From contig CAVNZM010000008.1 in the NCBI GenBank assembly GCA_963693365.1, forward strand, positions 9,980,293-10,044,292: 64,000 bases of DNA, in the 5' to 3' direction. Below, piece by piece: positions 1 through 13,470 of the stretch; position 1 is the stretch's first letter, and each line of letters starts with the position of its first letter. Both the position numbers and the translations under genes were made by a program. This DNA is from Amoebidium appalachense (lineage: Eukaryota > Protista > Ichthyosporea). The notes beneath the pieces were generated by a model. That model did not search any database. It was not told the DNA's origin and saw only the letters and a program-made list of their open reading frames with translations.

Positions 1-1
1 A

Positions 2-491
2 GAGAAACAGCCAGAAACGCGGTCGGTCTCTCTAACGCAAGAGCAGATTCAAGAGCTGCTAGAAGGAGTCACGGCCGACGATTTGAACATGAGTTCTCCG
101 GAAATGCCAACAGCAAAGAGAACTCTGGCCTGGGAGGAAAAATGCCTGCAAAACACCCCCAAAAAAAGTTCGAACAGAGACTTCGAGGGAGGTAGTATTG
201 TCGAAGAAAGAAATAGATGATCTCACGGAGGGAATTTTCAGCGATGACAGCAACGGTGCACATGAACAAACACAAACAACCAAAACAACGACCCCTTTCA
301 AGAACACACCAGCTAGTTTTACGCAAACCAGTCAAGCTGTTGTGTTGACAGATGCAGACAGGGATGCACTTCTCGAGGGGGTTGATCTGGATGAGGACAT
401 TGTTGCTGGAGCTGATGTGATGCTTGCTTCGCCCACCCAGAGTCTTCCCCCCACACAAGACATGCTGCTCCAGCAAAACTCCTTCAGTCAG
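2..491 (+). CDS. Partial exon of an unknown acidic, low-complexity protein (5'-truncated; one +1 frameshift)
   Basis: Frame 2 reads EKQPETRSVSLTQEQIQELLEGVTADDL...NTPKK. Removing one A from the A7 run at 161-167 joins it to frame 3 (VRTETSREVVLSKKEIDDLTEGIF...LTDADRDALLEGVDLDED...FSQ). The exon ends at donor CAG|GTGGGT (491). Downstream exons were not resolved. Confidence 0.55.
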
Positions 492-1979
492 GTGGGTAAA
501 TTTGGGCCGTCCCGTCCCTGCCATCCCTAAAGCACACACAGCACGAGCACGTTCACGCTCACACGCTGGAACCCATGATATACGCACAATCTAAGCTCGT
601 CTACACTGGGAAATGTGCCGTACTTGTATATGCGACAGGCTCTGCGTACTCTCCGATCTAGGAGTTACGTGCAGCCTTCTGGGCACCTTTTCTTTTTTCA
701 CCCTTTCAGTTTTTTTCTTAGTGTCGCAATTTGTAACAACTGTACTATTACTTTTACGTAAACATGGAAACTCCTGAATCAGGCGGTCAGGAGCAACTAC
801 GTTCTATGCTGGTGCAGAGCACACTGGGCATAATATGGTAAGATACATAATTGTAGTGAAGGGAGCTAGATCTGAAGGGGCTGCTAATGGCATGTGCCTT
901 TATCTGTGTGTGTGTTCATGTGAAAGAATAAAATGGAGAGAACACAAGGAGGGCGGGAAAGCATGCGCCGGGGGGGGGAGGGCGGGGCTGCTTGGGGGGG
1001 GGGGGGGGGGGGGGAGGAGGGAGGGTTTCGTTGCAGTGGGGGAAGGAGGGGAGAGGAATGGCCTAGATAGGCCATCAGATAGGGTATAAGGTTATGATCA
1101 AAGGTATGTGCATTGGCTCTGATTGATGCTAACAGTGTGCCCATGCAGAGTACCCCACCGTGTGAGCTTACGACGAACAGAGGTGGAGGTTATGCTTCAC
1201 CCACCATCTTGTATGAGGTAGAGTCCACCGCATCAGAGGCAGAGTAACCCTTTCAGTTGAAAGGTAGTTCACATAGCCATGAATCTTACTTGTAGGCTTA
1301 TCTATAAACGTTGGGTTGTTTTCTCTGTAGCTATTTTTGGTCAAGAATGAACGATTGATAGACGGACTGCAGCTGGTGTCGCAGTGTTTTTGCTTTTCCT
1401 CAAGTGTTTATGAAGCATATGGTATACGCCAAAATATGTAAAAGGCCCAACTTGGTGATCAAGTTCCTACACTTCAACGTCAAGAATTGTGTATGCTTCA
1501 TGTAGTTTTACTGTATTACTTTTCAAATAATCGTGCATGCCGATATTACGTACTCTTTTACGCAGAGCCAAATTGCTGGTCACAGTGAATGGACCATGAA
1601 CAATGCCCAGTTACCATACGAGAGGAATGCAGGTGCCTTGCACACGGGGAAAATGGTGTGCTTTCGTGTTTACTGGCCAGCAATTTGTGGTTACAACAGG
1701 CTGAGCAGGCAAGTTGCATACGATGGGCTGGGAAACTGACGCATGCTCATAAATTAGCACGTTCGTAAACTCTAGCTGCAAGGCAAGGGTTATGTACAGC
1801 TGGCTGTACATGTGACGCCGACGGTACAAGTATGAGCATATGTTTGGCCAAGCCCGAGACCAATTTGAAATCATTCTGTGGCTGCAGGTATTTGCACTAG
1901 TTAGTGTCTGTTAGACCTAACACGTACTGACGTGTTGCCGCACGTGCGACGTTTTAACATCTACTCAGGCGGCCCTTTT

Positions 1980-2015
<36 letters not shown>

Positions 2016-2771
2016 AAGGAGACACCGCCTCAGTAGGTGGTAGCTGTTAGACGGTCTTTCACGTTTTTTGCCAGGGGTGGGTTCAAGTTGCCATGCGTGC
2101 GTATGCGTTCACGAGCGTCGACCGGCATGACCTCGGCCCGCCCGGCCAGCGGCACGTACAGGTGCATCTTCTTGACATATGGTATGAAAAGGTGCCGATG
2201 TTGCTTGGCCCAGGGGGAGGAGGGGGAGGGGAGAGGGGAAGGGGGGGGGGGGGGGGGGGGATAAAGGGGGAGAGGTCTTGGGCTATACTACGGGTGGTGG
2301 TATGCCAGTAGTGGTGGTGGTCGAGGGGAGAGCGGACGGAGGGGGGGTGGGGGGTGGGGGAGAGAGAGAGACCGGGCATGATTACGCAAGCGAGCTTGAG
2401 CTCGAGGATTTTGGCGGGAAGATCAACTGGCATCAAAAGCAGATGACGCGGCTCACACCTCTGCACACAATGGCGGAACCTGTCCCTTTTTTTTCTTGTT
2501 GACTTCAGACTTTTGCCCGGGTCTTTTCATTCTAGATTCTGAGATCTATTTGGGTGTAGTAGATACTTTGCGGCTAGCTAAATTTCACCAGAGAAGCTGT
2601 ACAGTTGGGTTGATGCCTGGAATTTTCTCGTTTTTTTTTTTTTGTTTGGCAAGGGAGATCGAAAATTATGGGCCGTAACGGCTCACTCTTGCAGATGTTA
2701 AAGAACAAAACTCCACCTATATACTTTCCACTGAGGCCCTCACTTTTCCTTCGCTTTTTATTTTCAGCATC

Positions 2772-5279
2772 ATGGAGCTATCAAGTGAAAACATAGATGT
2801 AGATTCAATACCAAGCCCCGGCAACCGCAAGCTCAAGGGGCCAGCGATTGAGTGGGTGGAGGTTACGGAGGGATGGGAGCGAACCGAGGCAGATAATGGC
2901 CTGTTGGGGCTTGACATTGCAACAGTGGAACCAGAAAGCATTGCAGCATTTCCAGAAGAAGGAGAAGGGGACGACGAGGAAGAGGTGGATTTGGATTGTG
3001 GGTTTTTTGTCGAACGGCGGATCTCGGCAACAACAATTGCTACACAGCACCCACACAAAAGGATGAAGCTGGAATTTTCTTCGGGCGAAAAAGAACAAGG
3101 AAAAGAAGAAAACTTATGCGCTGAGGCAATGGGAGGAGGCTTATCGTGTTATCAAAACGAACGTGAAGCGACGGGTGGTATGAGTGAGGAGGAGGAGGGT
3201 TTAATTGCGGCTTTGGGCACCGTTCCGCAGTATGTTCGGGAGGTGCAGAGATGGACACACGAGAATGAAGAAAGCGAGGATATATCGAGGAATGAGACAG
3301 AGACGGGGAGAGAGGCGGAGGGAGGAGAGATTGAGCGAGAAGGAAGGTAGGGAAGGGGAAGAAAAGGAGAGGCAGAGGGATGAAGAGGGAGGGAAGGTGA
3401 CGGGAGAAAGGGAGAGAGGGGCTGAGAAGGAGAAGGGAGTTATGAGGGGAAGGCATGGGAGAAGGGGTAAGAAGCAAAGTCGAAAGAGAGCGAGCGAACA
3501 TAGCAGTGATGTTATGGAGGAGAGCGAGGAGGGTGATGTGGTGTGTGGGGACAAGGAAAGTGAAGCTGGGATGGGAAAGTACAAGGAGGGAGAAAGAAAG
3601 GAAGGGGAAACGGGCATGGAGACAGAAATGGTGAGGGAAGAAGAGAGTAAAGAGGGAGAGGAGAAACCAACGGAGGGAGGCGAGCGAGAGAGAATGTTGG
3701 AACGGAGACTCAAAGAAATGGAACAAAGGGAGAAGGAAGCGCAGGAAAGGGCGAGGGAAAACGAAGAGAGAACAACAAGGGCGGAAGAGGAGGTATCTTT
3801 GCTGTTGGAAATAGTGAATAGGGCGGAAGAAAGGGTGAAAAAGGCAGAAGAAGAACGAAAGCAGGCAGTCAGAAAGGCACGGCAACTCGAGGGAAATAGA
3901 ACAGGAATAGAGGAACAGTGTGAAAAAAAAGGTGAGAGAAGCAGCACGAAAAGCAGAACTGAGCGAGGAGAAAGCAAAGAAAGCGGAACAGAGAGTAAAG
4001 GAACTGGAGGGAAAACTGAAACAGGAAGAGGAAAGGGGGAAGGTTGCAGAACGAAAAGCCACAAAGGAACATGTGCGTGCAAAGGAGAAGAGTGGAGAGG
4101 GTAAAGTGTACGTGGAGAAAAATGACACAGACGGAAGAAATGATGAGCAAGGAGGTGGAAAGGAAAGAGGGGCAGAGAGAGGAACAACCACGGGAAAAGG
4201 AACGGGTGGGGGTTGAAGAGACAGCGAAGGATAAAAACGAAGGGACGAATGTGGAAGTTATGAAAGAAAGTGACGAAAAACGGGAATCGGAACAAGCGCA
4301 AACCAATACCAACGAAGAAAAGGGAACGAAAAAGAGAAAATGGGTAAGGAAGAGAAAAGTACAGGAGGAGATTCCGGAGGGAAAAGTGATACTGCCGTTG
4401 ATGGCGAAAACAACCAGCCCCAAGCAAACAGAAGAACAACAACAACCCATGCCCACCAACACTCAATCCCAAGAGGTTGGTGCACCTCGAGACGTTATTC
4501 ACCAACCCAACACGAATCCCGCCCAACTATTTGCGGATATTTTCCAACAGCATGCACCTCGCAAAGACCCCGCCCCCTCTCCGAAAAACGCACCCACCGA
4601 CGCGTCATTCCCAGGCAACACTGGGTGGATTTATCCATCCCCCTCTACCCAAAACAACCCACCTACCTCCGAGAGCAACCCTTCGGCACCACCACTAGCC
4701 CGCCCCCCCTCCAACCAAACTTTACCTCCACGACAAACCCAACCTTTAACCCATTCCCCCACGGCTCATTTCCGTGCTTCACTCCTCCCCCACATCGAGC
4801 AACAACAACACGTGATTCAACAGCAGAACCAGAACCATCCGCCGCATTCCGCACACGTGCCTTGCCAAATTCGGACACCGTACCTCGGCCAATCAGAACC
4901 CACCCCTCCGCCGCAAACACACCCACGCCGCCCAAGCACACTCCACACAGAACACGCAAACCTACCCATTCGCCCGCAAACCGCCCTACGCGAATCCGCC
5001 TCCCCACCACCCTTCGCACCTGCAACCGTGCAAGAGGGCGCCACAACCCCCGTACCAAGCAAACCCCGCGCTCGAAAACCACGCGCCGTTTCCGCCTCTT
5101 CAGCGCACGTACGCATGCATGTTCCTCCGCATGTCGGCCCTTATATGGGCATGCCACCACATGGGTATGCTCACCCTCCAAATTTGGCGCCGCGGCCCTC
5201 CCTTTGTCCCCTTTCCATATGCTTATCCGAACCCTGCCTTTTGGCGCCCTCCTCACCCCATGTCTCATGCCTAGTTTAG
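2772..5279 (+). CDS. Large exon or ORF encoding an E/K/R-rich coiled-coil followed by a Pro/Gln/Thr-rich tail; three +1 frameshifts (consensus errors or pseudogene)
   Basis: ORFs 2772-3350, 3205-4104, 3920-4216 and 4044-5279 chain by successive +1 shifts (near 3320, at the A8 run 3923-3930, and at the A5 run ~4118-4122). The joined product includes ERMLERRLKEMEQREKEAQERARENEER and KAEQRVKELEGKLKQEEE. An acceptor-like TTTTTCAG sits just upstream. No family recognised. Confidence 0.55.
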
Positions 5280-5683
5280 TGTTTGGTTTAGGTTGGCGGG
5301 GATATATATGCAGTCTGTATTGTTTTTGTGTCTGATATTTGTGACTGAAAAAACGCTGGGTATGTTTGAATGTGTGACGTATTAAGGTGTTGTGTCTCTG
5401 GGTGATAGACTTAGGGTGAACGATGGAGGCTATGTTTTTGGGACATTATGTTTATGCTCTGAGTTTAAAGTTTATGATGCAGGGAAAATGAAGAATGTTT
5501 CAAAGACGGCAAAAATCTATTGATGAACGAAGTTGTGGGAATAGGGTTAGAATACCATGTATATACTTACGATCGAGTTCACACGTCTTTCTGAAAGGCA
5601 AAAAGACGTACAAATCTGACACACAAAAACACATATTCACATGCATGCACACGCACACACACACAGACATACGTGCACATGCG

Positions 5684-5720
<37 letters not shown>

Positions 5721-5876
5721 CAACGTGATACACCAAACTATGAGTTGCATTCCATATTAGAGGCTCTCATTGAATGACAAGTATGTGCATAGATATAAAT
5801 GAGGCAGTTTTGATGCTTTGTTGACCCCCTGTTTGCTCCCCTCTTCCTCAATTAATTTTTTTGTATGTGTGTGTGT

Positions 5877-5927
<51 letters not shown>

Positions 5928-6602
5928 AGTAGGTGTGGGGAGGGACAGTTTGCCAAAGAAATATGGTTGTCGGTGATGCTATTTGACGAATGAAACACTT
6001 GGCATACACACACCAATTTTTTTTTTAGAAACATGGCTGCTGATACACGAAACTAAATCGTTGTCTTGAGCTCGAAATTTCAATCCCAGCTGCTATGTTG
6101 TCCCCCTCTCGAACAACAAGAAGAGAGATGGGGGGAGAGTCATACACATGCACGCACACACACGCACACGTGGCACACAGTGTCGATGGACGTAACACAT
6201 ACCAGCAAGCGCACATACACGCACAGCCCCCCAGCTCCCCTGCCACCTTGAAGCCAGTTATTATGCATGCAGCCACAGTTTTTGTTGGCAAAGTAAACGT
6301 TCAAATCCCCCCCTCATCTCCCCCCCCCCCCCCCCCCCTCTCCGCCCCCCCTTCCCCCTCGCCCTCCCTCCTCCACCACCGCCGCCACCACCACCACCAA
6401 CACCCAAAAAAATACCCAAACTTTATATATATAGCGTATGTGGGGGAAAAAACTAAAACAAATGATAACACAGCCGCAATGATTCCATGGGCCACCCAAC
6501 CACCACCACTCTCAATCTGAGAAACTCTCGACTGCCCCCTTAACAGACTGCCCCCTTCAATTTTCATCTTTACTAATTATGCCAGTTTAATATCCCGGGT
6601 TC

Positions 6603-6643
<41 letters not shown>

Positions 6644-6842
6644 CCCCTGCCCCCCTCCCTCCCTCCCCTAACCCCCCCCCCCCACCAAGCACGCACAAGT
6701 ATACAGGCACATGTCTCGGAGGGTGGCTGGTATGGCTACAGCCACGGAGGATGTGTGTGTGTCCTGGAAGGGGCAGGGTGGGGGGAGGGGGGGGGAGGGG
6801 GGGAGGGGGGAGGGGAGGTGAGGGAGGGGGTGCAGGGAGGAA

Positions 6843-6876
<34 letters not shown>

Positions 6877-7554
6877 GGGGGGGGGGGGTATGTGGCCGTT
6901 GCATGTTGCGGTAATGGGCTCCCACCGTTCCCAAAACATAGACCCTGTAAGCCTATAGCTAACACGTTGCCCATGAGTTGAGGAATGGCGGAAGTGCTTG
7001 CGCCCCCCAGATCACTAAGATAAAGTTTTGAAATGCGCATGCATGCATAGGTGTTAAGTATTCTTTTTCATGAATGTGAATGCCTAGCTATGATGGCCAG
7101 GCGGCAGCTTCAACATGTACGTACTACGTGTTGCCAATTTGATTGGGTGGACACGGATGAATATTGAATCCCTCGGTGGGGCATTCGCTCTAAGCTTCTC
7201 TTCCCCTCTTCAACCTCCCAGGCCTAGGCTTGCCGCTGATCACTATGACGTTATCCCCCTCCCCCCCTCCCCCCCCCCCCCCCCCCCCCCACCACCACCA
7301 CCACACGCACATACCTCATACCTCCCTCACACACCATTATAATGGTAGTTGACCTACATATACTATGGCGTGCGCATGTTGAGGCACCCCCCTCCCCCCT
7401 CCTACCCCCCTTCCCCAACCCCGCTCTCTCGGCCCAGCCCCCACCCCATATGTATAGTACGTATGAGCACGCAGCTGGCCTCTCGATTTTGGCACACACA
7501 TACATGCGTGCGCGCACACACACACACACATCACGCATGCACGCACACACACAC

Positions 7555-7631
<77 letters not shown>

Positions 7632-8000
7632 ACATACAGGCACATGCCACACCGGTCTCCCTCCTCTCCCGTTGCAAGCCTTATCATTATCAAGTTTACA
7701 ATGTGCCCACGTGCAACTCAGGGCACGGAGTTGACTACATAGCTGCGCCTTAGCCCCCATTTTTTTGCACCCCTCCCCCCCCCCCCCCCCCCCCTGTTCC
7801 CCTCCTCCCCCCTCCTCCTCCCCCCCCCCCCCCCCCCCCAAACCACCGCAGGATGTACTGGTATTGTAGTTGCGCATTATTGGGTCCCAAGAGCACATAT
7901 CAGCGGGTGTATATCTACCCCCCTTTTTCTTTTTTACTCCTTCCTGTCCCCCCGCCCCACCCCACTCCCCACCAATCCCGACGTGCGCGCGCACACACAC

Positions 8001-8043
<43 letters not shown>

Positions 8044-8809
8044 CACACACACACACCATGTGCATCACCACAACCACGACCCAGCCACAACCCACCCAAC
8101 CAACACCATCCCTTTCTCCTTTCTTTTCGTTCTAGATCTAACTTATCTTTTCCTTTTTTCCTTTTTTCCTTTTCCTTTTTTTTTCTCTCTCTCTCTTTTT
8201 TGTGTGTGTGGGTATGTGTGTACGTGTTGGGGGCCGGGGGGGGGAAGGGGAAGAAGGGGGGGGGGGGGGGGATTTTTTCTACACTGCAGACCATTTTACG
8301 CCATGCAACCTGCATTCACTGCTTATTTTCTCTTTTTATTCTTGCCTCACCCACTTAGACCGGAATATTACAGCTTCAATCCTTCCTTTTTCTCCGCAGG
8401 GTGCCAGCCGCTGCATGTCTTGAAAAAGAACAACCCCCACGAATATTTATGGATATGCCACAGACATACAAGGATATATTACAGGTTGCAACTGTGCATG
8501 GGCATACCAACATGGGATATACAATGGATATAACAACGAAAATGCGCGTGCTGGCTGTCTGGGCTAAACTAACTCTTTATACAGTGGATGACGATCTATA
8601 ACTGTGGTTGTTAAGGGGGCATTAATCAGTGCAAGCATCAATTCGCGCACCAATAAGGTTGCAAATCCCTTTTGTTTGCGTCTCGTAAGAAAAACTATTA
8701 CACAACTGTACCAGACATATAAAACATATCATAAGATGATCTTACATCACCGCCTAACCTAAAACAGCAAAATTCACACAGTTTAACCCTCAAACCACAA
8801 TCGATCCTT

Positions 8810-8866
<57 letters not shown>

Positions 8867-9106
8867 AAAACTCTAATCTCAGGTTCTCAGAACCACAAAC
8901 ACGCCAAACACGCCAACAACCAAAAAGAAACCCGGTGGCAGAAAGCGAAGGAGACTAAAAACACACCGACTTCCACTGTTCCTGTTTCAACGGGAAAAAA
9001 AGCATAACTACACAAAAAAACACAACTACACACATCACACAAGCGAAAACAATCAAAAATCGCTAACCAATCGCATTTCGCTCTACCACCGTTGGCCAAT
9101 CATATC

Positions 9107-10693
9107 TCACTGTACCGACCACCGCCTAAGAAACATACGCGCAACCTTATCAAGCCCCTTCTTGGCTCCGCTTTTTGTCGGAGAAGAAGACCCACCCACC
9201 TCCTCCTCTACTCCCTCCGTCACAGAAACCGCCATTTTCCCCGATTTTCCCCCATTATCCTTTTCGCTTCGGAACGACCGGATACTAGAACGTGGCAGAC
9301 CAAACATGCTTGTACTTTTGGCCTTTGCAACCTCGTTTCCCCCCGGAGAAAAATCGGGCACCCACGCGTAGAAAGACGCACCGAGGGAAGGGTCCGCATA
9401 GAAATTCGGAACGACAGAGCTTTGTTGAACGAGGGTATATGCGGGTCGTGTTGGGCGCACGTTGGGCACGGAGAGACTGTGTGATAGAGTGCGAACAGAG
9501 TGTGGCTCTGTTTTGGGTTCATTCTGCTTGAGGTACCTGCAAAGTAAAGGCAGTGTGCAGGTCAGCTTGATGTTAACAGTGGGAAATTCTAATAAAGTGA
9601 GGGGGTAGCTCAACTCTCGACTTTTTGTAGTTGGCCATTGCCGTTGTGTGTGTGTGTGCCCGCGTTCAGACGCCCGTGCGTGTGTGCTAGAGGGGAGTGC
9701 CGAAAGGACGCGCTCCGGGGAGGAGGAGGGGGCCGGGGGGGGGGGGGGGGGGGGGGGGGGAGGAGGGTCAGGTGCAAGGGTGTTACTTCTGCGTAAGACA
9801 TGAAGCGACGGAGAAAGAAGGGGAGCAATTGTGCATGTATACGTCGATGGTATGTAACTTATACAAACACATCCTTTCTGGGCAACAAGAAGGGAGATGC
9901 AGGAAAATGAAAAAGTTCAAAAATGCACGAGTACCCAAACAAGCATACAGCAACCTTACACGCAGTCAGTACCTAAACACACAAATGTACCTAAGCATGC
10001 GCATGCGCATAGCACACTCTTGCACCCCATGACCACCTGTAGACAGTTGCTTAACCTTGTCTGGTGTTACCACAAGCACACACCATAATCAATGTACACA
10101 TTGCCCAGGTGCATACATTACACAAACAGTACACAACGGCAACATTTCGAAACAACCTCAGGAAAAGCACCTGCATAGTTCCCAACCGAGGACATAATGT
10201 AAAAGCAGCACCGAAGCATGACTGTGTGCACATCACCCACAACCCAGTACCCAAGCACAACTGTAAGGACAGAGGGACCACATGCACACAGCACAAGGTT
10301 ATACACAACAGCAAAACACGCACCAAATATTCACCAAAAAACTCACCTAAACATGTCGCTAATCAGCGAGTCAATGACATCACTGTCTGCACTGTAGTAC
10401 GCAGTGCGCCACCACTGTACGTAAAGCTGGCGAAATTTTTGCAGCCCCTCCGCCTCTAACTTCCGCACAGAGTGCACATACTTAGCCACTTTCTTGGCTG
10501 GGTGATAGTCGCCATACACAAATTCGGCAATTCTTTCAACATCCACACTCGAACTCTTCACATCTAGGATGAGTGCTAGCGCAATGCTTACATGCAGCTC
10601 ACGGAATGTTGCGTAAAGTGGGCTTTGTGAAACATGGTCGGTGGCTGGTGGGAGGGCGGCGGCGGCGGCTTCACTGTTCCGAACGACTATCAT
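9107..10693 (-). CDS. Two-exon hypothetical protein (~259 aa)
   Basis: Exon 10693-10347 (MIVVRNSE...SLISDMF) ends AG|GTGAGT. Exon 9536-9107 begins CTTTGCAG|G. Phases match (…DMFR-YLKQNEPK…RRWSVQ*). Additional 5' exons are possible. Confidence 0.6.
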
Positions 10694-12689
10694 GATAACT
10701 TTGGCACTGATGTGTCAGAAATAGGAGATGAGCTGGAAAAAAAATCGAAAAAGTGAGGCCCTACACCACAGTGATATGATGAGGGTTGTGTAAATTGTCC
10801 GAAAACCTGTTGACGCAACGGTTCAGCAGCTCATGTCACTGAATCCAAGGACAACGCGCGCCACACTCCTATAAAGAACGCAAAGGGAATATTGCATAGG
10901 AGTTTGCGAGAAAAAAGCATCAATGACCGATGTCCGCACGCACTAGCAACTACCAACTGGTGTTTGAAAACTGTACACTTTTTCGTACAAGGGGTCCGCT
11001 CAAAAAACACATGAACAGATGAAGTGAAAGGAGAGGAGAAAAAGCCACTTGTCAAGGCTCACCCGTACAACTAGACTCACCAATCAAAGCAGGCGGTCAC
11101 ATAGGCCAAGGAGCCAGCCTGATATTCAACGAATAGGAGAAAAAAATCAAAACAATTCCGAACGCTCCGTTAGGCTACTGCTCTAGGAGACTTGACACCT
11201 CTCTTTACAATAATTGCAATGATGTTTCTAAACAAAGGCTTATATGTTCCGATTTTTATTGTATGTATTGAAATTCATAATCATAAACTACCATGCGATG
11301 TCGGTTTAATCGCGCAGATGCATATATATACAGCCTGTCTAGACGTCTCATTATGTGCATGCATGCTTGAAATTAAAAATATTTGTTGGTTGCGAAGCAG
11401 CAAGCTTGCACATCATGTCGCTATTATATCTTATTCTAGCCCAATATATTTAAATATTTTTTAACAGAGAGATACGAAGGGCTTATGAAACCCCAAAGCT
11501 TTCTGAACATCCTGAAATACACTAAATTGACAAAAAATGGCTCAGAGCACTGTTTGTCTAGGGTGATAACTCCGGCAACCTCGGAATTTGGAAATTCAGA
11601 GCCTCTCAGGCCACTTTCTTTCCTCGCGCTGCCGCGCAAACCATAAAAAATGTAAATAATAATGTCACAAAATTAGCGTGTGATTCAGAAGGAAAATCTG
11701 TCGGTGAAATGAAGCTCTTTATTTACAATATGCTCCCCGTGCACTCCACTTCCAATATCCGGGAAAACGGTAGGAGTCGGTAGCACACCGACAGGGTTAG
11801 ACCATACCCCAAAAATACCCTAAAAATTACCCCACTGCCAGAAAAAAATACCCCGCCTGGAAGAGGCTGGGGTACACTACCCTTCCTGCGTAGGGTACAT
11901 GGCCGGATAGTGGAGTGTACATATAGCCCCCCCCCCCCCCCCCCCCCCCCCGAAAGCGCCAGCTGGGGTGGGAATTCGGTGATAGGCTATTATTTTCATG
12001 CATGAGATAGTTCGCTCGGTTATCCAGCACTCAGCAGTCAAGTAAAATGAATTTTGGCCACCGTAATGGTAAAATTGGGGAACCTTTTAACATAATCTTA
12101 AGGTTTTGGGGGCTTTTTGTTGACATTAAGTTACAAATGTGCCTTAAACCAGTCTGATGGTTATTTTCGTTTTTTTTTTTTTGGCGCGAAACTCCCTCCC
12201 TTCAGTCAAAACACAGCCTTCAAGTCAGTTGTCAGGTGACTCAGAGCCGGTTTTTTATTTAGGTTCTCACGTGTCACGCTTTCACCCGTGTTGTTTTTGG
12301 GCCCTTTCGCTGTAGGTCACTCTCTCCATGGGCAAACACGCGCTTCCTAGGGTAGCCCCTGTGGCTGCCAGCACTCGGCAGCCTGACCATCGCTTTTCAG
12401 GATGGGAAGGAGCAGTCGAAGCCTGGCCCTAAAACACTCAAGTTGGGCGATTTTCTTAAACACGCTGCTGTGGTCAAGGCAAAGAAGGCCAAGCAGTCTG
12501 GTACGGTCGCCACTGAAAAGTCTGTGGGCCAGGAATCGGGTGCTAATGTTTCGGTTGCCAAGGTGGTGGTGAAGGTGGTGGAGGAAAAATGCAGCCGTTT
12601 CTAACCCCCCGGCCCGGGGTAAGGGGGGGGGGGGGGGGGGGGGGGGAGGACAACGAGAGGGATATTACGTTGGAACTGGAAAGAAAGCC

Positions 12690-12913
12690 CAGTTGCCTGT
12701 AGGCGGAGGAGACAGGCAGACTCTGAGAGAGAGCTGGGAGGGTAGTGAGGAGGGGGTGGGGCTGGGGGGGAGAGGGGGAGGCTTCGGAGAGAAAGAGAGA
12801 CCGGGAGTCTCAGAGCACCGTGAGAGAGTAGGAGAGAGAGAGACAAAGAGACTCTCGGGGAGAGAGGAAGAGAGAGAAAGTAGAGAGGAGAAGAGAGAGA
12901 GAGAGAGAGAGGA

Positions 12914-12948
<35 letters not shown>

Positions 12949-13125
12949 TAAAGAGCGAGGGATTGAAAACTGCCTGAGAGAGAGACTCGGGGCGGGGGGG
13001 AGGGGGGGGGGGGTAAGGGGGGGGAGACGGTGAGAGAGAGAGACCGAGAGACAGATCTAGAGAGAGGGAGAGGAGGAAGAACGTGAAGAGAGAGAGACCG
13101 TCCGGAAAGCCTGGGGGAAGAGGGG

Positions 13126-13164
<39 letters not shown>

Positions 13165-13169
13165 AGAGT

Positions 13170-13201
<32 letters not shown>

Positions 13202-13346
13202 CAGAGAGAGAGAGAGCGCGCGTGCGAAAGAGAGAGACTGGGGGGGGGGGGGGGGGGGGGAGATAGAGAGAGAGCGAAACAAAGAGAGAGACTGGTGGGG
13301 AGGGGAGAGAGAGAGAGGGAGAGAGGCAGAGAGAGAGGGAGGGAGG

Positions 13347-13439
<93 letters not shown>

Positions 13440-13470
13440 GGAGAGAGAGAGAGAAGAGAGAGAGACTTCA
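12690..13470. repeat. Long (GA)n/purine-rich compound microsatellite
   Basis: About 780 bp, strongly purine-biased on the + strand, with a pure (GA)n core at ~13350-13437. Confidence 0.9.

Noticed and set aside
3040-4526. Long Leu/Phe/Ser-rich minus-strand ORFs
   Set aside because: Antisense shadows of the purine-rich coiled-coil ORF.
5940-8601. Possible small plus-strand exons (acceptors at ~7851 and ~8399)
   Set aside because: Acceptor-like sites exist, but no consistent frame, start or recognisable protein could be assembled.
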